Below are positions 1-13,294 of a stretch of DNA of 64,000 nucleotides, piece after piece. This stretch comes from the human T2T-CHM13v2.0 reference genome, Homo sapiens. A program made the translations under genes and the position numbers. The notes beneath the pieces are model-generated. The model saw nothing but the letters and a program-made list of their open reading frames with translations, did not search any database and was not told the origin of the DNA. Every line of letters begins with the position of its first letter. Position 1 is the first letter of the stretch. Where the stretch lies: the NCBI RefSeq assembly GCF_009914755.1, contig NC_060933.1; one strand, given 5' to 3'.

Positions 1-1103
1 CGAAACTGAACAATTCCCTGGCATTTGAATTCCCTCCTTCCTTCCCAACCCTCTCCTTTTCATTTTCTCATTTATTATTAAAAACAATTTTAAAGGATTT
101 CCATGCTTCATATTTATCTACTATAATTCCTCCTTCTCGGTGTTGCAGGGATGGGGAAAGAGGATTTTTTTAAAAACACAATAAAAAGCAATTGGGAGAA
201 ACAGGGCCAGTGGTGTTGGGGTGGGTAGTGGAATTGTGATTTTTGACTCCAGTAGACAATGATGCTGGATATATGGGGTTTGATTTCTCTCTGGCTCCTC
301 ACTTGGGATTGATGAAGTTTGGCTAGAATCAGGGAGTTGAAGAGAGGTTGACAAATGGTCTTTCATATTTTTTGAAGCTACGGTTGTTGATTTGCATGGG
401 AAAATTATTATGTCTTATTATTTCTTGTCCCACTTTACCATAAGGGCTCCTCAGCTTCTTACTTCAATGGGCCTTCTATGACAAACACACTTTATTAACT
501 CTAAGAGTGGAATTTATTTTAACAGATAATTAGCATAGGTCAATATATGCTTAAAATAGAGTCAAATTAAACCTACTAGCTGTTATAAAGGACAGATGAC
601 AAATTAAAATCCACATAGAAGCATCGACTCTTAAAGAATCTGAAAGTACTACTTCTAAGAGGGGTGGGCATGGGTGAAGGGAATGGTGGACATGTTTCAG
701 AATTTCAAACAGCCAACTTTAACCAATCTTTTCCTCATTTTGTTCACCTTCTTGGGGGCTTATGCTAAAGTGAAGTGAATAGCCATAAGGCTGGCTTCAG
801 GAGAAAGGTGGTCTAAAAGAACTGGATAATTATAAGCAAAATTGGTCTTGAATGATTGAAAATTGATGAGAATGTGCTTGTCTCCTGATTTGGCATTCTG
901 AGTTAGACTCAGGAATACTGAACTTGGATCCCAAAGGCTTTGGTCTTTTTTGATATCCTATTGGATAATCATAAGCAGGCTAGAAAAATAGAAAACTAGA
1001 ATTTATTATTTTTGAACTGACAAATCTGACCAGTGGGCTGCATTCTCTATATCTGAACAATCTTGGTTTTGATGGAAAAAGTTAATTTTAAAAAGCAATT
1101 TTC

Positions 1104-1403
1104 ATTTTTTAAATTAAATTTCATTTTTTTTTGAGACAGGGTCTCACTTTGTTGCCCAGGCTGGAGTGCAATGGCACAGTCTTGGCTCACTGTAGCCTTG
1201 ACCTCCCCAGATTCAGGTGATCTTCCCACCTCAGCCTCCTGAGTAGCTGGGGCTATAGGTGCATGCCACTATGCACAGCTTATTTTTGTGTTTTTACTAC
1301 TCATAGGGTTTCTCTGTGTTGCCCAGTCTAGTCTCAAACTCCTGATCTCAAGAGATCTGCCTGCCTTGGCCTCCTGAAGTGTCATGAACCACCATGCCCA
1401 GCC
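1104..1403 (-). mobile_element. AluJ
   Basis: Antisense Alu dimer; degenerate TSD TAAAAAGCAATTTTC (1089-1103) / TACAAAGCAATGTTC (1404-1418). Confidence 0.9.
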
Positions 1404-1539
1404 TACAAAGCAATGTTCTAGGAAAAACTAGTTACTCTTTGATTATGTAATTGCTGGAGAAGAAAAACATGGCATTTCTAAAATGATGAACTATATTACT
1501 TATATTTTAATATCTCATAAAGTTTGAAATAGACATTTC

Positions 1540-1670
1540 AAACATAAACATGTATAAAAATTTTTATAAATTAAAAATATAAAATCAAAAACATTTTAAA
1601 ATTATTTTATTATAAAATTATTATAGAATCAAAAACATTATAAATTTAAACAACTTTTAAAAAAAATTAT
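1540..1670. repeat. AT-rich low-complexity tract
   Basis: Nearly pure A/T with repeated AATCAAAAACATT units. Confidence 0.6.
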
Positions 1671-2196
1671 TTTGGGATTTCCCATGGAGTGATGGAGAAT
1701 AATGAGCCTTGGGAGAGCTATGGCAGCTCTCATACTCCTTCCTGGGCCAACTTTTTTAGGAAATGGGAGAAATATACCCTGTTCAATGTTTATTGTGGGT
1801 CAGGATATTTTTGAAGCTATAGTTGTTGATTTGTTTCAAACTTTAAAAAATTTATTATAAAATTATGGGATGTAAAAAAATTTATTATAAAACTTTGAAA
1901 TTTTCAAACTTTCAGAAAAGCAGAGAGATGAGATTAATGGCACTCATAGGCAAACATAGAACATAGATTGTAAACATTTTGCTATATTTGTGTCATGATT
2001 ATTTTTTGCTTGTGTTTGAAAATATATTAAAGAAAATTATATTTTACCCCTAAATTCTTTAGTACAGATTTCTAAAAAATAAGAACATTTTCCTGTATAG
2101 TTACAAAATCACCTTTTCAAACAAAATAAAAAATGTTTTTTATATCATTTATTACCCAGTCCACATTCAGATTTCCTCAATTATTATGAAATGTCC

Positions 2197-2449
2197 TTTT
2201 ATTTTTTGAGACAAAGTCTTGCTCTTTCACACAGCCTGAAGTGCAGTGAAACAATCATAGCTCATTGCAGCCTCAAACTCCTGGGCTCAAGTGATCTTCC
2301 TGCCTCAGCTTCCTGAGTAGCTAGGACTATAGGTGCACACCACCATGCCCAGCTAATTTATTGTTTTTGTAGAGATGGAGGTCTTATTACGTTGCCCAGG
2401 CTGGTCTCAAACTCCTGGCCTCAAGTGATCCTTCCAGCTTGGTCTCCCT
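2197..2449 (-). mobile_element. AluJ, 5'-truncated
   Basis: Antisense Alu flanked by TGAAATGTCCTTTT / TGAAATATCTTTT. Confidence 0.88.
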
Positions 2450-2721
2450 GAAATATCTTTTGTGGCTGGTTTGTTCAAATTAGTTTCTTCTAATCAAGGG
2501 ACACACATTGCATTTGATTATTTAGCTCAAGACTTTTTTAACCTGGAAAATACCCTTACTCTTTGTTTATGTATTTATTTAGTGAAATTGACTTGTTGAA
2601 AGACTAGTCAATTGTCCTGTAGAATATTTCCCCTTCTGGAATTTTCTGGTTGCTTTTTATGGTGTCATTTAACTTTTCACTCTGTTTTTTCCTGGTTAAC
2701 TGGAAGTTAGTTCTAAAGGCT

Positions 2722-3075
2722 TTTAGGCCTGCTATAACAAAATACCAAAAACTGGATGACTTATAAAGAACATAAATTTATTTCTCACAGTTCTAGAGAC
2801 TAGCAAGTTTAAGATCAAGGAGCATGCGGTTTTGATATCTGGTTAGGACCAACTTTCTGGTTCATAGATTGGCCTTCTTGCTGGGCCCTCACATAGTGGG
2901 AGAGACTAGCTAGCTCTCTGGGGCCTCTTTTATAAGGGCACTAATTCCAATCATGAAGGCTCTGTCCTTATGATCTAATGACCCCCTAAAGGCCCCACCT
3001 TTTAATACCAGCACCTTTGGGGTTAGGATGTCAACATATTAATTTTGGGAAGACATACACGTTCAGCCCATTGCA
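2722..3075 (-). mobile_element. MaLR LTR (MLT1A/MSTD-like)
   Basis: GCTATAACAAAATACC...ATTTATTTCTCACAGTTCTAGAG...TTTATAAGGGCACTAAT...TTCAGCCCATTGCA are typical of a reverse MaLR LTR. Confidence 0.8.
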
Positions 3076-4132
3076 AGGTTTAGTTAGATTCAGGTTCAAC
3101 TTCTTTTTTTAAAGACTATTTCATAGGCAATAATGTGTATTCACATTCCATCATTAGTGATGGTGAGATGATCGCAAGGTTAGGGTGATCACTGCCTATC
3201 TCCTCTGCTATATTCCCCCTTGGGTCAAGCCAGTAGTCTGTGATGTGAACTTTGTACCATGTGTATATTCAGTTATATTCTGTATCAATAGTTACTTGAT
3301 TGTTTTAGCATTTATTAATGATCCTTGCTTGAGTTGATTATTTCATTAGGGGTTTCAAAATGGTGAATTTCTAATTCTCTAATTCTATCTACATGTTTTA
3401 GCTGGCATTTTTCTATAAGCAGACCATTTTCTTCACAACTGGGTTATTTGGCTACCCTGAAACATAGTTCCTTCTGGGAAGGCAGAACATATGTTTATTT
3501 CTGTCTTTTAAAAATTACTGGTGTTTGGAGTGAAGATTAGGTGAGGTAACTACCTCCACAGGTGACAAATGAATTTTGTTTTGTCTCACTTTTGCTTTTT
3601 TGAATATCACTGTGGATGCTTGGATTTTTATATTTAATTTGAATGGATTAGGGAATAAATGAGAAGATAGGTTTTATCTGTTTCTGTAGTTTTTATGTGG
3701 CTGTGTGAACTTACTTTTAAAAATTCCCAGAAATATTTTAATTCCCCTTTAAAGATATAAACTATGTCATACTATAAAGCAAAAGAAAAACCAATCATGT
3801 GAAGAGTAAATAGTATCGTTTAAACGAATTGTGGTTAAGCTTAATTTGTAACTAATTAGTTTTTTATTTTCTTTCTACTTTTATCTGCTTCAGAGCCTCT
3901 TCAGTGGTTTAGATCTTCTATGTGTCAAATTATTCTAATCTCTTAAAAAGTTTAAGAGCTAAAATACAACACAATGACTACAGGAATGCCTTTGTCCTTT
4001 TCTGGGTGGGTACACCTAAGGCAATTTCTTTTTCTCTTCTTTGTTCTCTTCTTCTTTCTTATTCTTAAATCATCTTCAATATTGGACAGATGACAGCACT
4101 GTGCCTGCCTCAAGATGTTTCTGACTTTTTCT

Positions 4133-4477
<345 letters not shown>

Positions 4478-4490
4478 TGACATTATATAA

Positions 4491-4696
4491 TAGCACTGTT
4501 CAATAGAAGTTTCTTTGATGATGGAACTGTTCTGTAATCTGCATTGTCCCAGCCACTAGCCATATGTGACTACTGAACACTTGAAATGTGACTAGAGCAA
4601 CTGAAGAACTGAATTTTGCATTTTACTTAATTTTAATTAATTAAAATAGAAATGCAAATAACCATAAGTGGTTAGTAGCTACCATACTGGACAGCA
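4491..4696. mobile_element. MER3 DNA transposon (hAT-Charlie)
   Basis: CACTGTTCAATAGAA...CACTTGAAATGTGACTAG...TACCATACTGGACAGCA, palindromic MER3-type ends. Confidence 0.75.
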
Positions 4697-4956
4697 AAGA
4701 TCTATAATTCAGCATTTAAAATCGATTTTGTTTTGTTTTCAAAAATGGAGTCAGACTGTTACAACCCACAAGAACTGTAGGTTAAATTAAGGTAAATCAC
4801 CAAATACTACATACACATTTGGGAAATCCAAACCAGATTTTTTCATGTGATAACCACACCCTCTTTTGACTTTAGCCTTGGAGGTAATGGAGTATGGCAG
4901 AAAAAACCCTGTATCAGCAGCTGGAAGACTCACCTTCTTTTCCTAGCTCTGCCATA

Positions 4957-5026
4957 TATTGACCAAAAGAGTCAAAGTCCATTCAGATGGTTGAGGGGCC
5001 TTGGAATTTTGTTTTTGGTTTTCACA
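4957..5026 (-). mobile_element. Internally deleted MER4-group LTR remnant
   Basis: Reverse complement TGTGAAAACCAAAAACAAAATTCCAAGGCCCCTCAACCATCTGAATGGAC joined directly to TTTGACTCTTTTGGTCAATA; resembles the two termini of a MER4-family LTR (recalled consensus). Confidence 0.55.
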
Positions 5027-7129
5027 TACAAGTTGGAGGGCAGATGTGTTAGCCTCTTGAAATACCCAGAAACCACTTGTTTCCTCATCTAAAAATCAGG
5101 TATGACAGGATCATTTAATTATCCTGGAAATCAGATGAAGCACTGCATATGAAAACACTTTGTAACATTGATAGCACTGGGAAATGTAAAGACCTTTTAC
5201 TGAAATATAAAGGTGTATGGTCAACTGAATATATCTCAGATAATTATGATTTGACTGTATGTATTGAATATAACCTGTAGTGGGCCCCTTGGTAAACAGC
5301 TTACAGTTTTGTTGCAAGTTTTAGCCAAGAGAAAATTTATTTGTTGACTAGTCATGCCCTTTATTGGCCACATGATGAGCAGCAATGGTATTAACACACA
5401 GTGCACCTTGCAGAATTCAAGAATGTCTCAGTGTCTTGTGAACTAGGAAGCTGAAATGCAGTGGTATGCAGAAGGCTGGCTCAGTAGGAGCCTTGGGAGT
5501 GTCCTCCAGATAGATGTTTGTGCAGGTTGTATTTGATTCCAGTTGGCCATGAAAAGCTGGTTGCTCTAAAGAATGAGAATATACTTGGTTTTACATTTAC
5601 TAGAACTATCTGGGGAACAAATCTTGGGGTGGAAGAAAGAAGGGAGGGAGGGAAAGCTGTGCTTCAATACCTAGGGCTTCTTTCCTGGAATGGATCTGAG
5701 AATCTGGGATTGGGTGGCTAATATCTCATCTCTAGAAGGGAGAAAGAACTGGGTGGTGATGGCTTTGTATTTTCTACTGGAGTTCACTACAGAATAGGTG
5801 AATGGAATGGGCTGCTATGATCCAGACATTAGGGAGGACAGGTTTGTGATACATTAGAAAACTTGAACGAGCCCTTCTATGATTCTCTCTTCCCTCTTTC
5901 TGCTTCCCTTTCTGAATCACCATCCCCAGGTTGTGGAATTAGCAAATCTATTATGTGAGCAATAGCAAACTTACAGGAGCCCTCGGCTCCATCTATCTCC
6001 CTGTTTGTGTCAGTTCATTCTGGATGCTTTTAGTCTGTGGTCTTCATTCACTCTTTTTATGGGGAAGTAAAAGGAGTGGGACAGATTATGAGAACAGCTG
6101 GGTCCTCCCAGTTGCTGGGGTGGTTATTTTAAGCTTTGTTTAATGTGTCCAGAGACCCAGATGGCATTTTTAACTAAGCTGCTTTATTAAATCTTGTGAT
6201 AAAGCATAGTGATGTTTATTGAAAAGGCAGACACACATCAGCAACATTATGCATGAAACTTGCTCTAAGAATTTTCTATAAAACATCTGTTCTCTTTGAG
6301 CCTTTGTGAACTCTGGAAGTTTGCTAGTTTCTATACAGACTTGAGGACAAGAAGTTGGAACCCACTTTTGGAGATGTCCAAGCATAGGTATTGGAATCAT
6401 TAATCCTAACCCTCTCAGTTTTAAGGCCCCGGATACCCTTCTGTTAGACAACAGTAACATGAGCAAGCACTGTAATAACATTTAAACAAGATTATTTGGA
6501 AATAATGGACAAGAAAAATTAGTATAAATTGTTTGGGGATTTTAAAATTAAAGATAAAAAGCTAGGGCTTCAATGACCTGTGCCAGGCTATAGCCTTAAG
6601 AGTCAATTTGCAAACACTCAAGATTTGGCCAATATGCCTCTACTACTTCTACTTAACACAGTCAAAGGGAAATTTTTAGATTCTTTCATCTGATTTGACT
6701 CTCTTAGTTACGAATAAGAGGATATCTAGAATATATATGTGACTTGTTAAAATGAAAATCCACCTTCTCTGAGTCTTCAAATATCTTTCATATCTTACAT
6801 TTTTAGTAACATCAACTTTTGAAGTCATGTCCATAGTTGTATGAAAAGAAAAATTTCAGGAACATTCAACCTCAAAAGTTCTTTTTCTTAGTCTGAAGTC
6901 GTAGAAGCATTTGACTTTTACTTTTTCTTTTTAAGTTTGTACTAGTAGGTATTTTGTATAAATATAATATTTAGTTATTGCCTTTGTATTCTTTTTCTCT
7001 AGTAAACATCCTGGTTTTTAGCTATCAATATGTAGTTTTACATTTAGGGATTTCTAATGGAAAGAGAAAGGAATCTGAAATCAGAGGACAAGAGTTTATT
7101 CTACTTGACCAAACATATACAAAATACTG

Positions 7130-7900
7130 GAAGGAGAGTTTTACAACAAATATTTAATATCTATGACATGTAAAAAGGTTTTCCAAATCAAGAAAATTCA
7201 AACAATTCAATACAAATATCATCAATAATAACACATGAAGAGGTGGCCAACCTTATTAATAACCAGAGAAATATAAATTAAAACAATCCATCAACTTGTA
7301 AAAAAGATGAAATTACCCAGAGTTGGTGTAGGTGATGGAAAATTGTCATGTTTGTATACTGTTCATAGAAGTTAAATTGACATAACTTTTTGGTCAGGCA
7401 ATTTGGAAGTATATATCTAAATTAATAGAGAAGTTTTCTAATAACCTGGGAATCTCTTAATCTAAGAATCTTTACTGTAGATTTTTCTAGAACAAATGTA
7501 CAAACATCTATGTACAAGGGTACTCACTGCAGCATTTTGCTAAGGAAAAACTCAGAAAAAAATCTATATGTTCAACAGAGAACAGGTACATAATTTATGA
7601 CACAACCGCACAATATACACCACTAAAATAAAGGATATAAATTTATATATAGTATGAAAAAGATGTGAATGATAGCTTGTTGGTGAAAAACAGCAATGAC
7701 TGGAATATTGTGTGTAATGTAATCCTGCTTTTCTGTATATAATGTAAGCATAGAAAATAGGATTGAAAGGACATACTCTAGTCAACAGTGGATATAGCTT
7801 GGGTGGAGGGGGTGTATAATGGGGAAGGAGAGTCCCTTTTCCTATCTATTCCATATACATCTCTGGATTTAAAAGATCATACATGCATATGCATTACCTT
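7130..7900 (+). mobile_element. Old L1M(E) 3' fragment
   Basis: Degenerate L1 3'-end motifs (AACCAGAGAAATATAAATTAAAACAA; TGTACAAGGGTACTCACTGCAGCATT). Boundaries approximate. Confidence 0.55.
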
Positions 7901-9630
7901 CAAAATTAAAATGATAAAGACAAAAGGAGAAGCTTTGTATTTGAATCATGATACTACTGTTTGCAACTTATATGACCGTGGGGAAGTCGCCTAGCCTCCT
8001 GGGGTTTATTTCCTCATTTATAAAAATAGGGAAAGTAATAATACTTGTCTACATATCTTCTAGGGTTGTTGGGAGGATTGAATGTGATAATGGGTTACAG
8101 CATTATGAATTATTTATTCATATAACACAATTATTATAAAAATATTTTGCTCTGATTAAAATAAAAGAAGGACGAGATCGTGTGTGTTTTTCAGTCCCAG
8201 TAGCTTTACTAACCAGAAAGCGCCTGCTGATGTGGTGATCACAGTTGCTTTGGTGCAGCTTCCTCTTGACTTTTGGCATTTCTCCATGCTGCTAGCTAAG
8301 GCTGAGGTGGCGACTGTGGAAGGTGTGAGCTCCTCCCCCTCCCAGCACACATTTGTGTGCGTACTCACACTCATGCACACACACACACATGCACACTCTA
8401 TCACAGTACATGAGGTGGCAGCAGCTGCTCCGGCATAGACTTTCACACAACATAAAGGGCTTTTTTGCTGTGGTCTGTGCATTATTTCTTGTTAAGCATG
8501 AGCTGAGTCAGTGCCATGCTTTTCCATCTGAAACCTTTCTGAGGCTCAGGCTGTGTTAAGAGCAAACCCTCTCCCCTCCATGCCCACCCCTTGGCCCTCT
8601 ACTGAAGCCAGATCTTAATCTGCTCATTTCATGAGGATTTTCAAACCGAATGGACTGGGCCATGTGAGAGATCACTGAAAGGAACAGACCAAGCAGAGGC
8701 TAAGAGACTCCACGCTAATCTGCTGAGTCGTCTGAAAATGCACAGCTGTGGGAGCTTACGGTGCTTTAAAGTACTTTGGCAGGATGTTTGTTCAGGGGGC
8801 CTGTTCCTGCAGCCCTGCTGAATGTTTGGTTAGGAGGCATAATCTTTTTTTGGACAGGATCTCCCAAATGTAAAGTGATAGATGCTAATGTGGAATATAA
8901 TACAGAAGATCCAGCTTGGATGTCATAAATAACAATAAATTGTTTAATCTTGCTGAGTTGTAAATCTATGATTGCCAGAGGTCTTTAGTTCACTGGAACA
9001 TAGTATGGGGGCAGGGGCACTTAGCAAATAGGCAGTTATTACTTTCCAACCAGACAGAAACTGGTCTGATGGAATTTATCTAAAAAGGCATACACATGTA
9101 TTTTAATTAATTGTGACAATTACTCAGAGAAAACACATGGCCCTAAAGAGGCTGAGGGGTTTTTTTGTTCTACCTATGAATGTATATGTATATTCACCTA
9201 TATTCTACCTATGTATAAGTAAGAGAATGAGTTTTTGTTTTGGGGATATATATTTATACGTATCTATACAGATAGATATACACATACTTAATTTCTGTCT
9301 ACCTATTAAGGTGCAGTGCCAGATGGAAAGTATTTTTAAGCATTTAGATAGCTTATTCTATAGCATATGTGTGCATATAGCCCCCCCATAAAGCTTTGTC
9401 TCTTTTCTGGATATATTTAACAAGAGGCTAGAACAGAGTCCAAAATGTCAGAAATGTTTGAACATTCCATAGAAATGAAGGAGGTGTTTCCAAATGACCT
9501 ATGTTTCTATGGCAATAAATAGAACTTGTGCTGCGTTGGATGCGTCAGGAGTAAGGAATATAAACAGTGTAAGTATGACTATTCCAGGCAGAAATCTACC
9601 TTGTAAGAACAGCTTTGTGCAGTGAGCTCA

Positions 9631-9694
9631 ACAACATTGATCAGTTAGCAGTCTGGTTCAGTACAACATTGATCAGGTAGCAAGCCGGTTCGGC
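9631..9694. repeat. Tandem duplication, 32 bp x2
   Basis: ACAACATTGATCAGTTAGCAGTCTGGTTCAGT / ACAACATTGATCAGGTAGCAAGCCGGTTCGGC. Confidence 0.8.
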
Positions 9695-9893
9695 AGTGCC
9701 AGTCGGAGACACAGATGGGGACAATCAAAGAAGATGCAGGTCAGGACAAGGATGCAGACATGTACCTGTCACTACCATGGACTTCAGCACTTCTTAGTGA
9801 GCAGGTTTATGATTAAAGAAGAAAGACATCGTTGATATGTAAGCATGTTACAATTAATTTGCTGTTTAGTTATTAGCAAACTACATCCAGTTT

Positions 9894-10211
9894 TTAGTTT
9901 TTAGGTTTTTTTTTTCTTTTTTCTTTTTTGAAACAGGTTCTTGTTCTGTCATCCAGGCTGGAGTGCAGTCGTTATCCAAGCTCACTGCAGCCTTAAACTC
10001 CTAGGCTTAGTGGATCCTCCCACCTCAGCCTCCCAAGAAGCTGGGACTACAGGTGCACGCCACCATGGCCAGCTAATTTTTCTTATTTTTTTGTAGAGAT
10101 GAGGTCTTGCTGTATTGCCCAGGCTGCTCTTGAGCTCCTGGCTTCAAGCCATCCTCCTGTCTTGGTTTCCCAAAGTGCTGGGACTATAGGTGTGACTCAC
10201 CATGCCTGGCC
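9894..10211 (-). mobile_element. AluJ
   Basis: Antisense Alu; TSD TACATCCAGTTT (9882-9893 / 10212-10223). Confidence 0.92.
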
Positions 10212-11902
10212 TACATCCAGTTTAATTTATACTACACTGTGGGTTTAGTCCTCAAACATGTTTTTGTTTTACATATAAAAATTTGAGGTAAAAGAACATT
10301 TTTACATTGGTCAATAATGGTACATTTAAACAATGGACGACTATATCCATTAAAATCGTGTTGTGGAAGAATATTCAGTGACATGGAAAGACTGACTCAA
10401 GGGCAAGTGAAACGTGTCAAGAGTCTGTTAGGTACTAGACACTGTAAACTGGGTCTTGGCTGTGTTACTTGCTTACATCCTCCATCATGTGATCTTTTAG
10501 ATAACAAAATCGAGATACATAGGGATAATGGGTGGGCTGATTGAAGAACAGAACTTGGGCCACACTTCTAGATGCCTGTGACTTTTCTGCATCTATTCAG
10601 ATATTAGGAATTGATTATGAAATCCATGGTGGTTTGATGCTAATGAACTCTCCTCTATCTCTCCAGCATGTGTGTAAAGACTTCCAGAGGTACAGGAAGT
10701 TGAGGATGAGCTCTCTTACTTCCATCTGGTCTCCATGTAACAAATCATATAACTGCACAATTATCCAAATGCAAATGAAGGAGTCCCTTGATGTTTGGAT
10801 AACCACATTCATGCCTTGAGTTTGTTATTTCTTGAAATTGCCCTTATCCGTCTCCTGTTTACCCATGAACAACACTACTTAAGGGCTGGCACTCTGCAAC
10901 CCATGGCAGCTTGGCTTTTTCCGGTGTTTTGTTTTTGTTTTTAACCGAGAAGACAGGAAACAGGCATCTTTGTGTATATGGCTTGCCACAGCCCTTCGTA
11001 GATGGACATGGTGGAGGCTGTGTGGTCCCGGAGAACACTTCCTCTGTGAAGCATCAGGGAAGTTTCTGTTCATTGTGTCTTCACTCTCTCCAATTCACTT
11101 GTGGAGTGATAGGGATTATAACACAGTGAGCAGAGGATATTGGGGAATGTCATGCTTAATTTTCTTTTCTTTTTTCTTCTTAAATGACATTTAAAGCTAA
11201 AAGAGAATCACAAAGGGTAAGTCTGATTTAAGACATTTCACACATGAAAGAAATCCTGCTTTCATGCGTGTTATGTCACAGGAAAAACTCATTTAGAGTC
11301 AACATTCTGCACCTACTCCGAAATTTTAGCCTGAGGGTTTAAATATTACCTCGCTGCTCTCTAGGACTTTAATTTGAGCTAATTAGAAATGGAACTCATA
11401 CTAAAACTAATTTAGGAAAGAAGCTGTTGATGTTCTGAAGAAAAACAGCTGTCAGAAATAAGATCATTAAAAAACCATAGTTGTATATGGCACAAAATGT
11501 AAAGGAATAGAAATGCTGGGAGAAAGCTTTTATAGAATAACATTTTATCTTTCTTTGGACACTGGTCTAAGGCATGTGAAATGGCATATTGATTCCCTTG
11601 GCACCTGGTATGCTCATTTATGGATGAAAAAGCCCAATGACATAATTTAGGTGAGGTTTAAGGCTTGATGGGAGGCATTGGTGCCATTAGAAGGACGGAC
11701 ACAAAGAGTTCTTAAGTAACGGCATCATGGGAAATGATAATTGCACACTCCTTTCTACTATGTCTTGGTTTCCCCAAGCATTTAGAAGTCATGGCTGGGT
11801 AGGAACAAATTTATCATGAGTCTGTCTGTGTGTTTGGGAATGCATATGCCTCACAGATGTGTCTGCAGGGGTCTGTGTGATAATGTTCATATATGTGATA
11901 GA

Positions 11903-11950
11903 TGTGGACCCTGGGATCTGTATCTGTGTGGACCCTGGGATCTGTACATG
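11903..11950. repeat. Tandem duplication, 24 bp x2
   Basis: TGTGGACCCTGGGATCTGTATCTG / TGTGGACCCTGGGATCTGTACATG. Confidence 0.85.
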
Positions 11951-12699
11951 TGTGTGAGTGACAGTGGACTAGGGTCCACTTTGCCCCCTTTTCCACGTGG
12001 GAGTTGAAGGAAATGCCCCTTAATGGCAGTAGCATCCACTTGGGTGTGTGCACCTTCTGGAGGACTGGGTGAGGTTGCCCTTCTTCCAGCCAAAGCCAGA
12101 CCCTATGGTGTGGGACGTTCAGTGGGGAGCAACAGAATGCCATGGCTTGGTCCTCCCTGGGCTGTGGTCTGGATTTCACTCAGGAATGAAAGTCAGATAT
12201 TGCCTGCTTCAATGTTGTAAACATAACTAAGGATAATTATGTAAGTAGACCATCTTTTCCTTGCAAGGTAGCGGTCTGCTGCATTGACAGAGGGTAGTAT
12301 TTCTAGGACTTTTTCAGAGAGTAAAATGGTACTTTAAGGGATAATCTGTTATCTAAAGATGAATTTTAAATGTTGGAGGGGGTTGTGGGATTCGGGGAAG
12401 ACAATAGAATAATTTGTGTCATGGTTAATTTAACAAAGAGTTTTTGTTTATAGAATCTGATCTTCGGTGGATTTTAACAACCCTCTTCTTCCTTGGCTTT
12501 TCAGATAAAGATGCAGAGCCTCAGAGAAGTTAAATGATTGATCCTATGTCAGGGGGTAGAGTCAAGACTCATACCTATGCCTTTTAACTTCAAGTTGAGT
12601 GCTTTTTCTTTATACAAAAGGGCTTCCAAAAGTTATATTTCTTTTTATCAATGACTAGATCTTGAAAGCCATACCTTTTCTGATGGCATTTATCCTGGG

Positions 12700-12998
12700 C
12701 TAATTGGTAGAGAGAGGGTGAACAGAAGAGAAGACATAGACACGCAGAGAAGAAAGTGATGTGAAAACAGAGGCAGAGATTGGAGTGATGTGAACACAAG
12801 CTCGGAAATATGTGGAGGCAACAGAAACTGGAAGAGGCAAGGGAGGATCCTCCCCTAGAGCCTTTCGATGAGGCAGACCCCCACTGACACCTTGATTTTG
12901 AACTTCTGGCCTCCAGAACTGTAAGGGAAAAAATTTTAATCGCTTTTAGCCACCAAGTTTATGGCAATTTGTTATAGCAGCCTTGTGAAGCTAATACA
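12700..12998 (+). mobile_element. MLT1C-like MaLR LTR
   Basis: GAGGCAGAGATTGGAGTGATG...GACACCTTGATTTTGAACTTCTGGCCTCCAGAACTGT...CTAATACA terminus. Confidence 0.8.
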
Positions 12999-13022
12999 AA
13001 CTTTGTATTAGATTACAAACTT

Positions 13023-13290
13023 TGTATTCATTTCCTAGGACTCCCATAACAAATTACCACATATTTGGTGGTTTAAAATCACAGAAATTTATTCTCTCAC
13101 AGTTCTGGAGGCCAGAAGTCAAAATCAAGGTATCAGCATGGCCACACTCTGTAGATGCTCTAGGGAGAATCTGCTCCCTGCCTCTTCCAGCTTCTGGCAG
13201 CAGAATACATTCCTTGGCTTCCCGGGTGTGGCTGCATCACTCCAATCTTTGCATCTGTCTTCATATCTCCTCTTCTTTGTGTCTATTCTA
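13023..13290 (-). mobile_element. MLT1C-like MaLR LTR, inverted relative to its neighbour
   Basis: TGTATT...CACAGTTCTGGAGGCCAGAAGTC...CATCACTCCAATCT. Confidence 0.8.
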
Positions 13291-13294
13291 GTAA

